A stretch of DNA of 64,000 nucleotides from Verrucomicrobiales bacterium (GTDB taxonomy: Bacteria; Verrucomicrobiota; Verrucomicrobiia; Limisphaerales; CAIMTB01): NCBI GenBank assembly GCA_020845805.1, contig JADLFD010000186.1, forward strand, positions 16,034-80,033, read 5' to 3'. Position 1 is the stretch's first letter. Every line of letters begins with the position of its first letter. Shown one piece after another: positions 1-10,245 of this stretch. The position numbers were made by a program, and so were the translations under genes. The notes beneath the pieces are model-generated. The model was not told where the DNA came from, made no database searches, and saw only the letters and a program-made list of their open reading frames with translations.

Positions 1-128
1 GTGGTTTCGTCGGCATCTGGTCTTACCGGAAGGAATGGACCCCCCTGTGCGTCGAACAACGCGCTTGCTCAAGGCGGGTGCTCGGAGCAACCTCGCCACG
101 ACCCACACGTTCAACACAGACCACAGTC

Positions 129-992
129 ATGCACTGCATCAGGCATACTCCCACGAAACCCCGGAGAGAGGGGTTCACCCTTATCGAACTTCTTGTCGTC
201 ATCGCGATCATCGCGATCCTGGCCAGCATGCTTCTCCCCGCGCTGGCCAAGGCCAAGACCAAGGCGCAGGGCATTCTCTGCATGGGCAACACCAAGCAGC
301 TTGTCCTCGCCGTGCATTTGTATGCCGGTGATAACGACGAGAAGTACCCCATGAACATCCATGGCGGGGAGGCGCAATCGGGCCGGAAGATCGTGCAGAC
401 CACGACGGGGTACTACCCGTGGGTCATGGGCTGGTTGGACTGGGGAGCCAGCTCGCACAACACCAACAAGTTGTTCCTTCAGGATAACGACTACTCGGTG
501 TTGGCGAAGTACGCTGGCAATACGGCAGCGATCTACAAGTGTCCCGCGGACAAGCGGGTGTCGAGAGCTCAGCGTGGCAAGGGTTGGACCGAGCGCGTGC
601 GCAGCATCTCGATGAATGGCGCGGTCGGGAAGGGCAACAAGGCTGCCACCGACGGTCTGCTCAACTGCGAGAAGATCTTCGAGAAGACGACCGATGTGAG
701 TGACCCCGGTCCCTCGAAGTTGTGGGTGTTCGTGGATGAACATCCGGACAGCATCAACGATGGCGCGTTCTTCAATTCGCAGACGGATCGCCGTTGGATC
801 GATTTGCCGGCGAACTACCACAACAACGCGTGCGGCTTTGCTTTCGCGGACGGGCATTCCGAGATCAAGAAGTGGAAGTCCTCCGTTCCCAAGGAACGGA
901 TTGATGAGACCTACGCCCCTCCCGCGGTTCCCGCGGGGGATCACGACTGGATGTGGACGATCGAGCGGACGTCCGCACCTCCGCGCCGCTGA
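129..992 (+). CDS. Prepilin-type N-terminal cleavage/methylation domain protein, DUF1559 / H-X9-DG family
   Basis: Pilin-like N-terminus [26 protein letters not shown]-terminal [12 protein letters not shown] fits H-X9-DG exactly. The ORF runs 78..992; the ATG at 129 was chosen because it leaves a short leader before the GFTLIE cleavage motif. Confidence 0.85.
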   Translation: MHCIRHTPTKPRREGFTLIELLVVIAIIAILASMLLPALAKAKTKAQGILCMGNTKQLVLAVHLYAGDNDEKYPMNIHGGEAQSGRKIVQTTTGYYPWVMGWLDWGASSHNTNKLFLQDNDYSVLAKYAGNTAAIYKCPADKRVSRAQRGKGWTERVRSISMNGAVGKGNKAATDGLLNCEKIFEKTTDVSDPGPSKLWVFVDEHPDSINDGAFFNSQTDRRWIDLPANYHNNACGFAFADGHSEIKKWKSSVPKERIDETYAPPAVPAGDHDWMWTIERTSAPPRR

Positions 993-1074
993 TCGGAATC
1001 CTGCCGAGCTCCGCGGGGGCGACGGGCGTCCCCGATGAACCGGCCCGGACCCGTGTCGTTTCGGGACCGTTTTC

Positions 1075-1109
1075 AAGCCAGAGGCTCATCGCCTCTGGCT
1101 TGTTTCATT
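1075..1109 (+). terminator. Rho-independent terminator downstream of the H-X9-DG gene
   Basis: Perfect 11-bp stem AAGCCAGAGGC (1075-1085) / GCCTCTGGCTT (1091-1101), 5-nt loop, followed by GTTTCATTC. Lies between convergent genes. Confidence 0.7.
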
Positions 1110-1152
1110 CTTAGGGTCGGATCCGGGTTCCCCGGCGGTGGTCCGTGAAGAG

Positions 1153-2262
1153 TTACGTGAGATGCGCGCCCTGGGTCTCCACGTAGACGGCGTAAATAGA
1201 TTGGCTGGCGGCCATGAACAGCCGGTTTCGCTTACGGCCGCCAAAACACAGGTTGGCGCAGATCTCCGGGAGGAGAATCAGGCCGATGCGTGTGCCGTCC
1301 GGGGCGAAGACGTGTACGCCATCGAAACCGTCCCCCGCCCAGCCCGCCGCCGCCCAGATGTTGCCGTCCACGTCCGCCCGGATTCCGTCCGATCCGCCTT
1401 GCCCTCCAATTTTCCTCGGACCCTGGTTGGTTTCCACGGTCTGCGGGGAAAGTGCCATAGGGCTCAAGACGCGTCCGTTGCGGAGCCGTTTCTGATCCGC
1501 GATATCCCAGACCTTGAGGTGGCGCGGGGATCCGGTGTCCGCGACGTACAGCTTGTCATACGTGGGTGAGAAGCAAAGGCCGTTGGGCTTTTCGATTTCG
1601 TCGGTGACCTTCTCGATGGCGCGCGACTGCGGGTCGACGCGATAGACGGCCTCCTTGATCTCGAGAGTCCCTTTGTGACCTTCGTAGTTCATCATGCTGC
1701 CGTAGCCGGGGTCGGTGAACCAGATGCCGCCGTCCGGATGAACCACGACATCATTTGGTGCATTGAGGCGCTTTCCTTCGAAGCGATCGGCCAGGACGGT
1801 CACGTCGCCGGAGTGTTCATAGCGGACGACGCGTCGGTGCCCGTGCTCGCAGGCGATCTGGCGTCCCTCGAAGTCGAAGGTGTTGCCGTTGCTGTTGCCG
1901 GCGGGGCGACGGAAGGTGCTGACGTGGCCGTCCTCTTCGAGCCAGCGGAACTGGCGGTCATTGGGGATGTCGCTCCAGACCAGGTAGCGTCCCACGCCAT
2001 TCCAGGCGGTGCCTTCGGCCCAGAGCATCTCCGGGTTGTGGTAGAGGCGCTGAATTGCCGTATTGCCGAGACGATATTTGTTGAAGCGTGGGTCGAGGGT
2101 GATGAGGTCGGGATCCGGATACCGCTGGGGAAGGGGCGAGGCGAAGTCGCGTACGGCGCCACGGGAGCGGGGGGCGGCGGCCAGTGTGGCGGTGGTGGTC
2201 GCGAGGGCCGTGGAGCGGCCGAGAAAAGTGCGGCGGGAGACAAGGGAAGGGCGTGGTTTCAT
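1153..2262 (-). CDS. SMP-30/gluconolactonase/LRE family protein with Tat-type signal
   Basis: MKPRPSLVSRRTFLGRSTALATTTATLAAA signal, then lactonase-like beta-propeller sequence (TAWNGVGRYLVWSDIPNDRQFRW, NAPNDVVVHPDGGIWFTDPGYG, PNGLCFSPTYDKLYVADTG). ATG at 2262 verified. Confidence 0.85.
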   Translation of the reverse strand: MKPRPSLVSRRTFLGRSTALATTTATLAAAPRSRGAVRDFASPLPQRYPDPDLITLDPRFNKYRLGNTAIQRLYHNPEMLWAEGTAWNGVGRYLVWSDIPNDRQFRWLEEDGHVSTFRRPAGNSNGNTFDFEGRQIACEHGHRRVVRYEHSGDVTVLADRFEGKRLNAPNDVVVHPDGGIWFTDPGYGSMMNYEGHKGTLEIKEAVYRVDPQSRAIEKVTDEIEKPNGLCFSPTYDKLYVADTGSPRHLKVWDIADQKRLRNGRVLSPMALSPQTVETNQGPRKIGGQGGSDGIRADVDGNIWAAAGWAGDGFDGVHVFAPDGTRIGLILLPEICANLCFGGRKRNRLFMAASQSIYAVYVETQGAHLT

Positions 2263-2447
2263 GGCCGGATCCGGGTGGGGACTCGCGACGGTAGTGCAGC
2301 GCTTGGTCCTCGGGCAATGCGGATACGAACGACCTTCACGTCCGGTTAATGCAACGTGTGGCAGGGTCACGGGCGGGCTGGATTGGTCGCATCGTTGACA
2401 ACCCTTGAGGTGGAGTGGGGAAGGGACGGGGCGTCGCCCATCAGATC

Positions 2448-4817
2448 ATGAGAACTTCGTCACCGGGTTGGGGTTGGATCCTGCCGTTGTTGCTGGCAGG
2501 TGTGGTGGCGGGCGTGGGTTTCTGGGCGGACCGCGAGGTGCGTGGGGCCATCGAACTCAAGCTAAGGGCGGAGATGCAATCGGCCCTGGAGGCGAACGTC
2601 ACCGCGTTGGAGATTTGGATTCAGACCCAGCATCGACTGGCGGAGGGCATTGTGGCCGATCCCGAAGTCAGGCAATCCGCGCTGGGTTTGATCGAGGCTT
2701 CGCGGGGGGTGGGGACGAATCGGCAGGCATTGGCCCGGCTCGGGCCCCAGCGCACCTTCGAGCTTGCGCTGCAGCCTCGGCTTCGGTCTGCCGGCTACTT
2801 CAGCGCCAATCTCGTCACCACCAATCTGCTGGTGATCGGAGACGTCGGGCCGGGGAAGATGCGCTTGGGCAGCACCTCGCCCGAGGAGCATCAGTCACAA
2901 CTGGAGGAGCTCATCGAAACCGGGCGGCCCTTGGTGGTGACCCCGTTCAAGCCCAAGTTTGCGGGGCCCCGGGGACGTCCCAATCGGGAAGGGATGCCGA
3001 CCGGCCCCGGCGGTGGATTTCGCGGGGTGGATCGTCCGGGTCGCGGGGAGATGCCGGAGTCCCGGGGCTTGGCGCGTCCGGACGGAGCCGGCTCCTCCCC
3101 ACCCTGGATGCGTTCGGAGGGCCCGCCCCCGGAGATGGGGGGTTCTGGTGGGGTTGGGGGGCGGACGAACCTGATGCAGGGACGGCCGCGTGGGGGGATG
3201 ATGATGGTCGCGGTCCCGGTGCGTGACGACGCGGGGACCGTGCGCGGCGTGCTGGGGATGATGTTCAATCCGGAGCTCGAGTTTTCGCGCATCCTTTCGG
3301 TGGCGCGCCAGGGCACGAGTGGCGAGACCTACGCCTTCAACGACAGTGGCCTGATGCTATCGCAGAGCCGCTTCGAGGAACGCTTGAAGGAGATCGGACT
3401 ACTGGATTCCCGCGAGGGGGTGAGTTCTGCGTTGACCTTGGAATTGCGGGATCCGGGGAAGGCCTTGGGCGCGGGGTCGGTCACCGACACCAATCGTCTC
3501 GGATGGGCCCTGACCCCCATGGTGGCGAAGGCGGTGGCGGGGGAGACGGGAGTGAGTGTGACGCCGGTGCGTGACTATCGAGGGGTGCCCGTGGTGGGCG
3601 CCTGGCGGTGGTTGCCGAAGCAGCGTTTTGGCGTGGTGACGCAGTTGGATGCGCACGAGGCCTTCCAGCCCCTGCGCGCGCTGCGCACCGTGTTCCTGCT
3701 GCTGGTGGGATTGCTGGCGGTGGCGGCACTGGCGGCGATGCTGATTTCCTACGGCACCATGGTCTGGCGTCGGAAGGCGACGGAGGCAGAACTCAAGCTG
3801 AGAAACCTGGGGCAGTACCTGCTCGAGGAGAAGATTGGCGAGGGGGGGATGGGGGTGGTTTATCGTGCGCGGCACGCTTTGTTGCGTCGTGAGACGGCGG
3901 TGAAGTTATTGCTCCCGGAGAAGGCGGATGGCGCGGCCATCGAGCGATTCGAGGCCGAGGTTCAGCTCACCTGCGGCCTGACCCATCCCAACACCATTCA
4001 GATTTATGATTTCGGCCGTACGCCGGACGGCGTTTTCTACTACGCGATGGAGTTGCTGCGCGGGTTGAATCTGTCGGATCTCGTCCAGCGGCACGGGCGT
4101 CAGCCGGAGGGGAGGATTCTCCACATCCTGATGCAGACCTGCGATTCGCTGCATGAGGCCCACATGGCTGGTCTGGTGCACCGGGACATCAAGCCGGCGA
4201 ATATCTTCCTGTGCGAGCGAGGAGGGTATCCCGACACCGTGAAGGTCCTGGATTTCGGGTTGGTGGAGCGCGTCACGGCGGGTGTGCGGCGCGCGAGTCC
4301 GGAGGTCGGTCCGCGACGCATTTCCGGGACGCCAAACTATCTCGCGCCGGAGGCGATTCGGAACCCGGAGCAGAGTGATCCGCGCAGTGATTTGTATGCG
4401 CTTGGGGCGGTGGCTTACTATCTGGCGACGGGCGAGCCGGTGTTTCCGGGGGAGTCGGTGACGGAGATTCTGGAGGCGCATCTGACGGAGCGGCCGACGC
4501 CGCCAAGGGCGCGGGTGGTGACGGATCTCTCGCCCCAGCTCGAGGCGCTGATTCTTCGATGCCTGGAGAAGGATCCGTCGGAGCGTCCGCAGTCCGCGAT
4601 GGAATTGCGATCGGCCCTGGCCTCGTGCCCGCGTGCGGGGGAGTGGGACATGGCGCGGCGGCGCGAGTGGTGGGCGCAGGTGGGTGGGGTGGCGGCCCCG
4701 CCGCAGGGAAGCGCGGGGCTCGCAGCGGGCGGGCAGGCACTCGAAGAAACCCTGCGGGTGGATCTGACGCAGCGGTGGACGTCGGAGGAGCCTCGCGGAA
4801 GTTCAACGAGGTCGTGA
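2448..4817 (+). CDS. Receptor-type Ser/Thr protein kinase (TM, periplasmic sensor, TM, Hanks kinase)
   Basis: Kinase motifs IGEGGMGVVYRARH, AVKLL, HRDIKPANIFL, DFG, GTPNYLAPE. Two hydrophobic segments (WILPLLLAGVVAGVGFWA; VFLLLVGLLAVAALAAMLISYG) flank a ~400-aa external region. Alternative GTG start at 2415. Confidence 0.9.
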   Translation: MRTSSPGWGWILPLLLAGVVAGVGFWADREVRGAIELKLRAEMQSALEANVTALEIWIQTQHRLAEGIVADPEVRQSALGLIEASRGVGTNRQALARLGPQRTFELALQPRLRSAGYFSANLVTTNLLVIGDVGPGKMRLGSTSPEEHQSQLEELIETGRPLVVTPFKPKFAGPRGRPNREGMPTGPGGGFRGVDRPGRGEMPESRGLARPDGAGSSPPWMRSEGPPPEMGGSGGVGGRTNLMQGRPRGGMMMVAVPVRDDAGTVRGVLGMMFNPELEFSRILSVARQGTSGETYAFNDSGLMLSQSRFEERLKEIGLLDSREGVSSALTLELRDPGKALGAGSVTDTNRLGWALTPMVAKAVAGETGVSVTPVRDYRGVPVVGAWRWLPKQRFGVVTQLDAHEAFQPLRALRTVFLLLVGLLAVAALAAMLISYGTMVWRRKATEAELKLRNLGQYLLEEKIGEGGMGVVYRARHALLRRETAVKLLLPEKADGAAIERFEAEVQLTCGLTHPNTIQIYDFGRTPDGVFYYAMELLRGLNLSDLVQRHGRQPEGRILHILMQTCDSLHEAHMAGLVHRDIKPANIFLCERGGYPDTVKVLDFGLVERVTAGVRRASPEVGPRRISGTPNYLAPEAIRNPEQSDPRSDLYALGAVAYYLATGEPVFPGESVTEILEAHLTERPTPPRARVVTDLSPQLEALILRCLEKDPSERPQSAMELRSALASCPRAGEWDMARRREWWAQVGGVAAPPQGSAGLAAGGQALEETLRVDLTQRWTSEEPRGSSTRS

Positions 4818-4829
4818 GTTCCTCACGGA

Positions 4830-7800
4830 ATGACTCGCGCGCTTGAGGTCGCGCGAGTTCCCGCCATGATTCCGGGGTCAGCCCTGCGCATGAACCTCAT
4901 GTCCAATACTTCCGCGGCTCGGTTTGCCTCTTGTGCTCGGGGTGAGCGGCTGCGTCACCGCACGCTGTGGGTTGGCTGGGTGATGATGGTGGTCGCGTTT
5001 CGAGCGGTCGGCGTCGAACCAGTGGAGTTCTTGCGCGACGTGCGACCGATTTTGTCGGCGCATTGTTTCAAGTGTCATGGGCCTGACGAACTGACGCGCA
5101 AGGGGGGGCTGCGTCTCGATGTGCGGGAGGACGCGCTGCTCCCTGCCAAATCGGGAAGACGCGCTTTGGTGCCCGGGGATGTGGCGGCTTCGGCTCTGGT
5201 CGAGCGGTTGTTCACCTCGGACGAGGACGAGATCATGCCGCCGCCGGCGGCCAAGAAGGCGTTGTCCGAGGCGCAGAAAGAGATCCTGCGGCGTTGGGTG
5301 CGCGAAGGTGCGGAGTATCGTCCGCACTGGGCGTTTGTTCCTCCGGTGCGCCCGGCGGTACCGGAAGTGAGTGGAGGAGCCAACGGGGATCCGATCGACG
5401 CCTTCATCCGAGAGAGCCTGGCGCGGGAGGGGTTGTCGCCGGCGGGGGAGGCGGATCGTCTGACGCTCATCCGGCGTGTGTCGCTGGATCTGATCGGGCT
5501 GCCGCCCACTCCGGAGGAGGCGGATGCCTTTAGGCGCGACGCGTCCGCGGACGCGTACGAGCGACTGGTCGATCGGCTGCTGGCCTCGAAGCACTACGGG
5601 GAACGCTGGGCGCGGCGGTGGATGGATCTGGCGCGGTACGCCGATACCAACGGTTATGAGAAGGATCGGGTGCGATCGATGTGGCCCTGGCGCGACTGGG
5701 TGATCCGCGCGTTTAACGACGATCTGTCCTTCGACCAGTTCACGGTGGAGCAGATTGCCGGCGACATGTTGCCGGGTGCGACTCCGGGTCAGAAGGTGGC
5801 CACGGGCTTTCATCGCAACACGATGATCAACGAGGAGGGCGGCATTGATCCGCTGGAGTACCGCTTTCACTCCATGGTGGACCGCGTGCACACCACGGCG
5901 ACCACCTGGTTGGGGCTGACCATGTCGTGTGTGCAGTGTCACACGCACAAATACGATCCCATCCAGCACCGTGAGTACTATCAGTTCATGGCGCTGATGG
6001 ACAACGCGGACGAGCCGGTGATGGACGTTCCCGACGCTGCGATCGGCGAGCAACGCCGTGCCATCGAGGCGCGCGCGGCCGGGTTGGAGTCGACCCTGGC
6101 CGATCGTTTTCCGCTGCCGGATCGGGCGACGTTGGTCACTCCGGCACCGCGTATGGTGCTCACGGAGGGGGGGGTGGAGCGCCTGTCGGATGGCTCGCAC
6201 CGGTTTTCGGGTCCGGTGCCGGAGCGGCAGGTGTTTCGGTTCAGCTACGACACCGATTTGCCCCGGGTTTCGTTTCTGGTCATCGAAGTGTTGGCTGACG
6301 ATGCGTTGCCGAAGAAAGGGCCGGGTCGCGCCGACAATGGCAACGTGGTCCTGACCGACGTTCGGGTATCCACGGGTCCGCGGGGCGCTGCCCAGCTGCA
6401 GACGGTGCCACTGGCCTCCGCGGAGGCGGATTTCGAGCAATCAGGATTTCCTGCCCGTCACGCGATCGACGGCAAGCCGGAGACCGGATGGGGGATTGCC
6501 GGGGAGGGTCAGTGGAACATCAACCGCCGGCTGGTGGTTCGATTCGAGCAACCGGTGGTGTTCGACGAGGGCGCGGAGTTCGAGGTGTTTCTGGGGGCGG
6601 AACTCGGGAACAAGCACGTGCCTGGGCGCCTGCGTCTGAGCTTTGGCGTGGAACCGGTCGAGACCAGGCCGGTGGAGGAGCGGCGGCGCGAGCATTACGA
6701 GCATCGGTTGGCGCAGTGGGCAGGCTGGGACAAGGAGAAGGCGCGCGCGTGGATACCCCTTCAGCCGGTGGCCGCGACGAGTAGCGTGCCGGTGTTGACG
6801 ATACAATCGGACGGTTCCGTGCTCGCGAGCAGCGACCAGACCAAGAGCGATGCCTACCGGGTGCGGCTGCGTGGCGCGCCGAAGGGGACGACAGCGATCC
6901 GGCTCGAAGCCCTGCCGGACGACTCGCTTCCACGGCGGGGTCCGGGCCGGGTGTATTACGAAGGGCCGATCGGGGATTTCTTCCTATCGAGCTTCCGGGT
7001 TGAGGCGGCGGGGATGGCGGTGAAGCTGACGCGCGCCAGTCAGACGCATGCGAGCGGCGGGAACGATGCCGCGAAGGCCTTGGACGAGGATCAGCAATCG
7101 GGCTGGGCCATCGACGGGGGCCAGGGAAAGCGGCAGGTGGCGGTGTTCAATCTGGAGAAGCCGCTCGAGTCGGACAGCGAACTCGACGTCACGTTGCTGT
7201 GCGAGAAGTACTACGCGGCGGGGTTGGGCAGGTTCCGGTTGTCCGTGACGACGGATGCTCGGGGGGCGGAGGCGAATGCGCTTTCGGACGAGGTGCAGGC
7301 TTTATTGGCAAAGGGGAGCGTGGAGTGGACCGAGGCGGAACAGCGCCTGGTTCGGGAGGCGTATGTTCGCGTGGCGCCGGAGCTGGCGACAGCGCGTGAA
7401 GAAATCGCCAAAATCCGCCGAGAGCTGCCGGCGTATCCCACCACGTTGGTGATGGCGGAGCGTCCGGAGCACAACCCCCGCGCCACCCACATGCGGCACC
7501 GGGGCGAGTTCCTGCAGCCAACCCTGCGGGTGGAGGCGGGATTGCCATCGGTCTTCGCCGCCGAGCTCAAGGATCCGCCGCGCGACCGTCTGGCTTTCGC
7601 GCGCTGGCTGGTCTCACGCGAGAATCCGCTGACCGCCCGCGTGACGGTGAACCGGCAGTGGCAGGCATTTTTTGGGCGGGGGTTGGTGCGGACGATGGAG
7701 GACTTTGGATTTCAGGGGGAGCTCCCGACGCATCCGGCGTTGTTGGACTGGTTGGCAGTGGAGTTCATGGACGGCGGGTGGTCGATGAAGGCCTTGAACA

Positions 7801-8510
7801 AGCGGCTCGTGATGAGCGCGGCCTATCGGCGTGACGCGCGCGCGACTCCGGTGATGCTGGAGAAGGACCCGCAGAACCGGTGGCTGGCGCGGGGTCCGCG
7901 TTTCCGGTTGGAGGGCGAACTGGTGCGCGATCTGGCGTTGAAGGCGAGTGGCTTGATGTCCGAGAAGCTCGGGGGGCCCAGCGTGTTTCCGCCCCAGCTC
8001 GCGAGCATCACCCGGGAGGGAACTTACGGAGCGTTGGAGTGGAAGGTGAGCGAGGGGGAGGACCGCTATCGGCGAGGCCTCTACACCTTCGCCAAGCGGA
8101 CGGCGCCTTACGCGACGTTCGGCACCTTTGATGCCCCCAGCGGGGAGGCGTGCGTGGCGCGGCGGGAGGTGTCGAACACGCCCTTGCAGGCGTTGACCTT
8201 GCTCAACGACGAAGTGTTCGTGGAAGCAGCGCAGGCGTTGGGACGCAAGACGGTGTCGATGCCGGGGTCGGAGTCGGAGCGGGCCAGGGACCTGTTTCGC
8301 CGCTGCGTGACACGGCCGCCGACGGACGAGGAACTGGGACGGGTTCTGGCGTTCTTCCAGGCGCAGCGTGAGCGGTTGCGTGGGGGCGAGCTGTCGCCGG
8401 CGGAGTTGGTTGGCGCCGGAGGAACCGAAGGCGATCCGGTGGAACGCGCGGCCTGGGTGGCGGTGGCGCGCGCGCTGCTCAATCTCGACGAGACCGTGAC
8501 GCGCGGTTGA
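4830..8510 (+). CDS. PSCyt1 (CxxCH) - DUF1549 - DUF1553 family protein
   Basis: N-terminal FLRDVRPILSAHCFKCHGPDE...GGLRLD heme-binding motif. DUF1549-like LIRRVSLDLIGLPPTPEE...HYGERWARRWMDLARYADTNGYE. CVQCHTHKYDP motif. DUF1553-like C-terminal part. The true start may be an internal Met (MNLMSN). Confidence 0.85.
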   Translation: MTRALEVARVPAMIPGSALRMNLMSNTSAARFASCARGERLRHRTLWVGWVMMVVAFRAVGVEPVEFLRDVRPILSAHCFKCHGPDELTRKGGLRLDVREDALLPAKSGRRALVPGDVAASALVERLFTSDEDEIMPPPAAKKALSEAQKEILRRWVREGAEYRPHWAFVPPVRPAVPEVSGGANGDPIDAFIRESLAREGLSPAGEADRLTLIRRVSLDLIGLPPTPEEADAFRRDASADAYERLVDRLLASKHYGERWARRWMDLARYADTNGYEKDRVRSMWPWRDWVIRAFNDDLSFDQFTVEQIAGDMLPGATPGQKVATGFHRNTMINEEGGIDPLEYRFHSMVDRVHTTATTWLGLTMSCVQCHTHKYDPIQHREYYQFMALMDNADEPVMDVPDAAIGEQRRAIEARAAGLESTLADRFPLPDRATLVTPAPRMVLTEGGVERLSDGSHRFSGPVPERQVFRFSYDTDLPRVSFLVIEVLADDALPKKGPGRADNGNVVLTDVRVSTGPRGAAQLQTVPLASAEADFEQSGFPARHAIDGKPETGWGIAGEGQWNINRRLVVRFEQPVVFDEGAEFEVFLGAELGNKHVPGRLRLSFGVEPVETRPVEERRREHYEHRLAQWAGWDKEKARAWIPLQPVAATSSVPVLTIQSDGSVLASSDQTKSDAYRVRLRGAPKGTTAIRLEALPDDSLPRRGPGRVYYEGPIGDFFLSSFRVEAAGMAVKLTRASQTHASGGNDAAKALDEDQQSGWAIDGGQGKRQVAVFNLEKPLESDSELDVTLLCEKYYAAGLGRFRLSVTTDARGAEANALSDEVQALLAKGSVEWTEAEQRLVREAYVRVAPELATAREEIAKIRRELPAYPTTLVMAERPEHNPRATHMRHRGEFLQPTLRVEAGLPSVFAAELKDPPRDRLAFARWLVSRENPLTARVTVNRQWQAFFGRGLVRTMEDFGFQGELPTHPALLDWLAVEFMDGGWSMKALNKRLVMSAAYRRDARATPVMLEKDPQNRWLARGPRFRLEGELVRDLALKASGLMSEKLGGPSVFPPQLASITREGTYGALEWKVSEGEDRYRRGLYTFAKRTAPYATFGTFDAPSGEACVARREVSNTPLQALTLLNDEVFVEAAQALGRKTVSMPGSESERARDLFRRCVTRPPTDEELGRVLAFFQAQRERLRGGELSPAELVGAGGTEGDPVERAAWVAVARALLNLDETVTRG

Positions 8511-8525
8511 GAACGGCCCCTCACC

Positions 8526-8900
8526 GTGCCACGACCGGTCCTCATCTACGACGGTGATTGCGGGTTCTGCCGTCGGTCGGTGGCGCGCATGCGGCGTCAG
8601 ACGGGCGAGGCGGTGGAGTACCTGGCGCAGCAGGCTCCGGAGTGCGCGGCACGATTTCCGATGCTACGGGCTGGGGACCTGGCCGAGTCGGTCCATCTGG
8701 TGGAGCCGGGAGGGCGCGTGACCCGAGGTGCCGAGGCGGTATTTCGCGCGTTGGCGGTGAATGCACGCCGGGCATGGCTGGCGCGGTGTTATGAGCGTCG
8801 GCGGTGGTTTGCCCGGCTGTCGGAGTGCGCGTACGGCTGGGTAGCGCGGCACCGGGTGTTCATGTCCCGTCTCACGCGTCCGTTTCTGCGCGGGGAATGA
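8526..8900 (+). CDS. DCC1-like thiol-disulfide oxidoreductase (DUF393)
   Basis: N-terminal LIYDGDCGFCRRSV motif, ~124 aa, GTG start. Confidence 0.8.
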   Translation: MPRPVLIYDGDCGFCRRSVARMRRQTGEAVEYLAQQAPECAARFPMLRAGDLAESVHLVEPGGRVTRGAEAVFRALAVNARRAWLARCYERRRWFARLSECAYGWVARHRVFMSRLTRPFLRGE

Positions 8901-8976
8901 GGCGCGGCGGGTGCGGGTGGGCCGACGTGCCAGCTTCGGCTTTGCTGAGACTCTGGGTTTCGGTAGCAATGGCGCC

Positions 8977-10191
8977 ATGCATCCCTGGTTGGTCTGTCGT
9001 GTGTTTCGAGCGGTGCCCAGACTGCTGTGCCTCGGCTTCCTCCTGGTCGCCGTCCTCGGGCGGGCCGAGGAACGGAAGGCCAACACGCTGACCCGCGCCG
9101 AGGTGGACGCCGGCTGGATCCAGCTTTTTGATGGTGAGACCCTGTTTGGCTGGTCGCCGCGGGGATCGGCGCAATGGCGGGCGGTGGATGGGACGCTGCA
9201 ACCGGTGACGGGCACCGGAGGCGGGTTTTTGTGCACCACGACCGAGTTTGCCGATTTCGAGTTGCACGCGGAATTCTGGATCGACGAGACGGCAAACAGC
9301 GGGGTTTTTCTGCGCTGTCCCCGCACCGGAGACATCACGCCGTGGACGGCCTACGAAGTGAACATCTACGACGCGCACGAGAAGTGGCCGACAGGCAGCA
9401 TCAACGAAGTGGGGCGCCGGCGCGGGCGCGTGAGTACGGTGGGGCGCTGGAACGCCTTTGACCTCACGGCGGTGGGCGACCGGTTCACCGTGAGTCTGAA
9501 TGGGCGTCGTGTGCTGCGTGTGCGCCAGGACCGGCACGCCCGGGGATTGATCGCGTTGCAGACCCTGACCGGGGCGGGCAGCGTGCGGTTTCGGGAGGTG
9601 CGGGTACGGCCGCTTGGGCTGGGGACGCTCTTCAACGGCCGGGACCTCACGGGCTGGCGCGTGGTGCCCGGCCATGCGTCGGTTTATTCGGTCACCCCGG
9701 AGGGTTGGCTCCATGTGCGCAATGGCAACGGGGACCTGCAAACCGAGGCCCGGTTTGGGGATTTCATCCTTCAGCTCCAGGCCATTTCGAACGGGAAGCA
9801 TCTCAACAGCGGGATCTTTTTTCGGGGCGTGCCTGGTGAGTTCTGGCAGGGGTACGAGAGCCAGTTGCGGAACCAGTGGGAAGGGGAGGATCGCACCAAG
9901 CCGGTGGATTTCGGGACGGGGGGGATCTACCGCCGGCAGCCGGCGCGCCGCGTGGTCTCGAGCGATCACCAGTGGATGACCAAGACCATCGTGGCGCAGG
10001 GGCGCCATCTGGCGGTCTGGGTCGACGGGTATCCCGTGAGCGACTGGACCGACGACCGCGCGCCGAGTGACAATCCGCGGCAGGGATATCGTGCGGCGCC
10101 CGGCGTCCTCAGCATTCAGGGGCATGACCCGACCACCGATCTTTCGTTCCGTGCGATTCGCGCGGTGGAACTCCCTCCGGCGCGGGATTGA
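8977..10191 (+). CDS. Tandem DUF1080 (3-keto-disaccharide hydrolase-like) domain protein
   Basis: Signal peptide, then two copies of the DUF1080 pattern (GWIQLFDGETLFGWSPRG...NSGVFLRC; LFNGRDLTGWRVVPG...NSGIFFRG...LSIQGH). Confidence 0.8.
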   Translation: MHPWLVCRVFRAVPRLLCLGFLLVAVLGRAEERKANTLTRAEVDAGWIQLFDGETLFGWSPRGSAQWRAVDGTLQPVTGTGGGFLCTTTEFADFELHAEFWIDETANSGVFLRCPRTGDITPWTAYEVNIYDAHEKWPTGSINEVGRRRGRVSTVGRWNAFDLTAVGDRFTVSLNGRRVLRVRQDRHARGLIALQTLTGAGSVRFREVRVRPLGLGTLFNGRDLTGWRVVPGHASVYSVTPEGWLHVRNGNGDLQTEARFGDFILQLQAISNGKHLNSGIFFRGVPGEFWQGYESQLRNQWEGEDRTKPVDFGTGGIYRRQPARRVVSSDHQWMTKTIVAQGRHLAVWVDGYPVSDWTDDRAPSDNPRQGYRAAPGVLSIQGHDPTTDLSFRAIRAVELPPARD

Positions 10192-10245
10192 AGGTGGTCG
10201 AATTTCCTCGTCTCGGGCCGCAGCCGCCGGCTATCTCCGCGCGTC

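Noticed and set aside
4878-6440. 520-aa ORF antisense to the first PSCyt/DUF1549 gene
   Set aside because: Shadow ORF for the same reasons. The plus-strand CxxCH and DUF1549 motifs are decisive.
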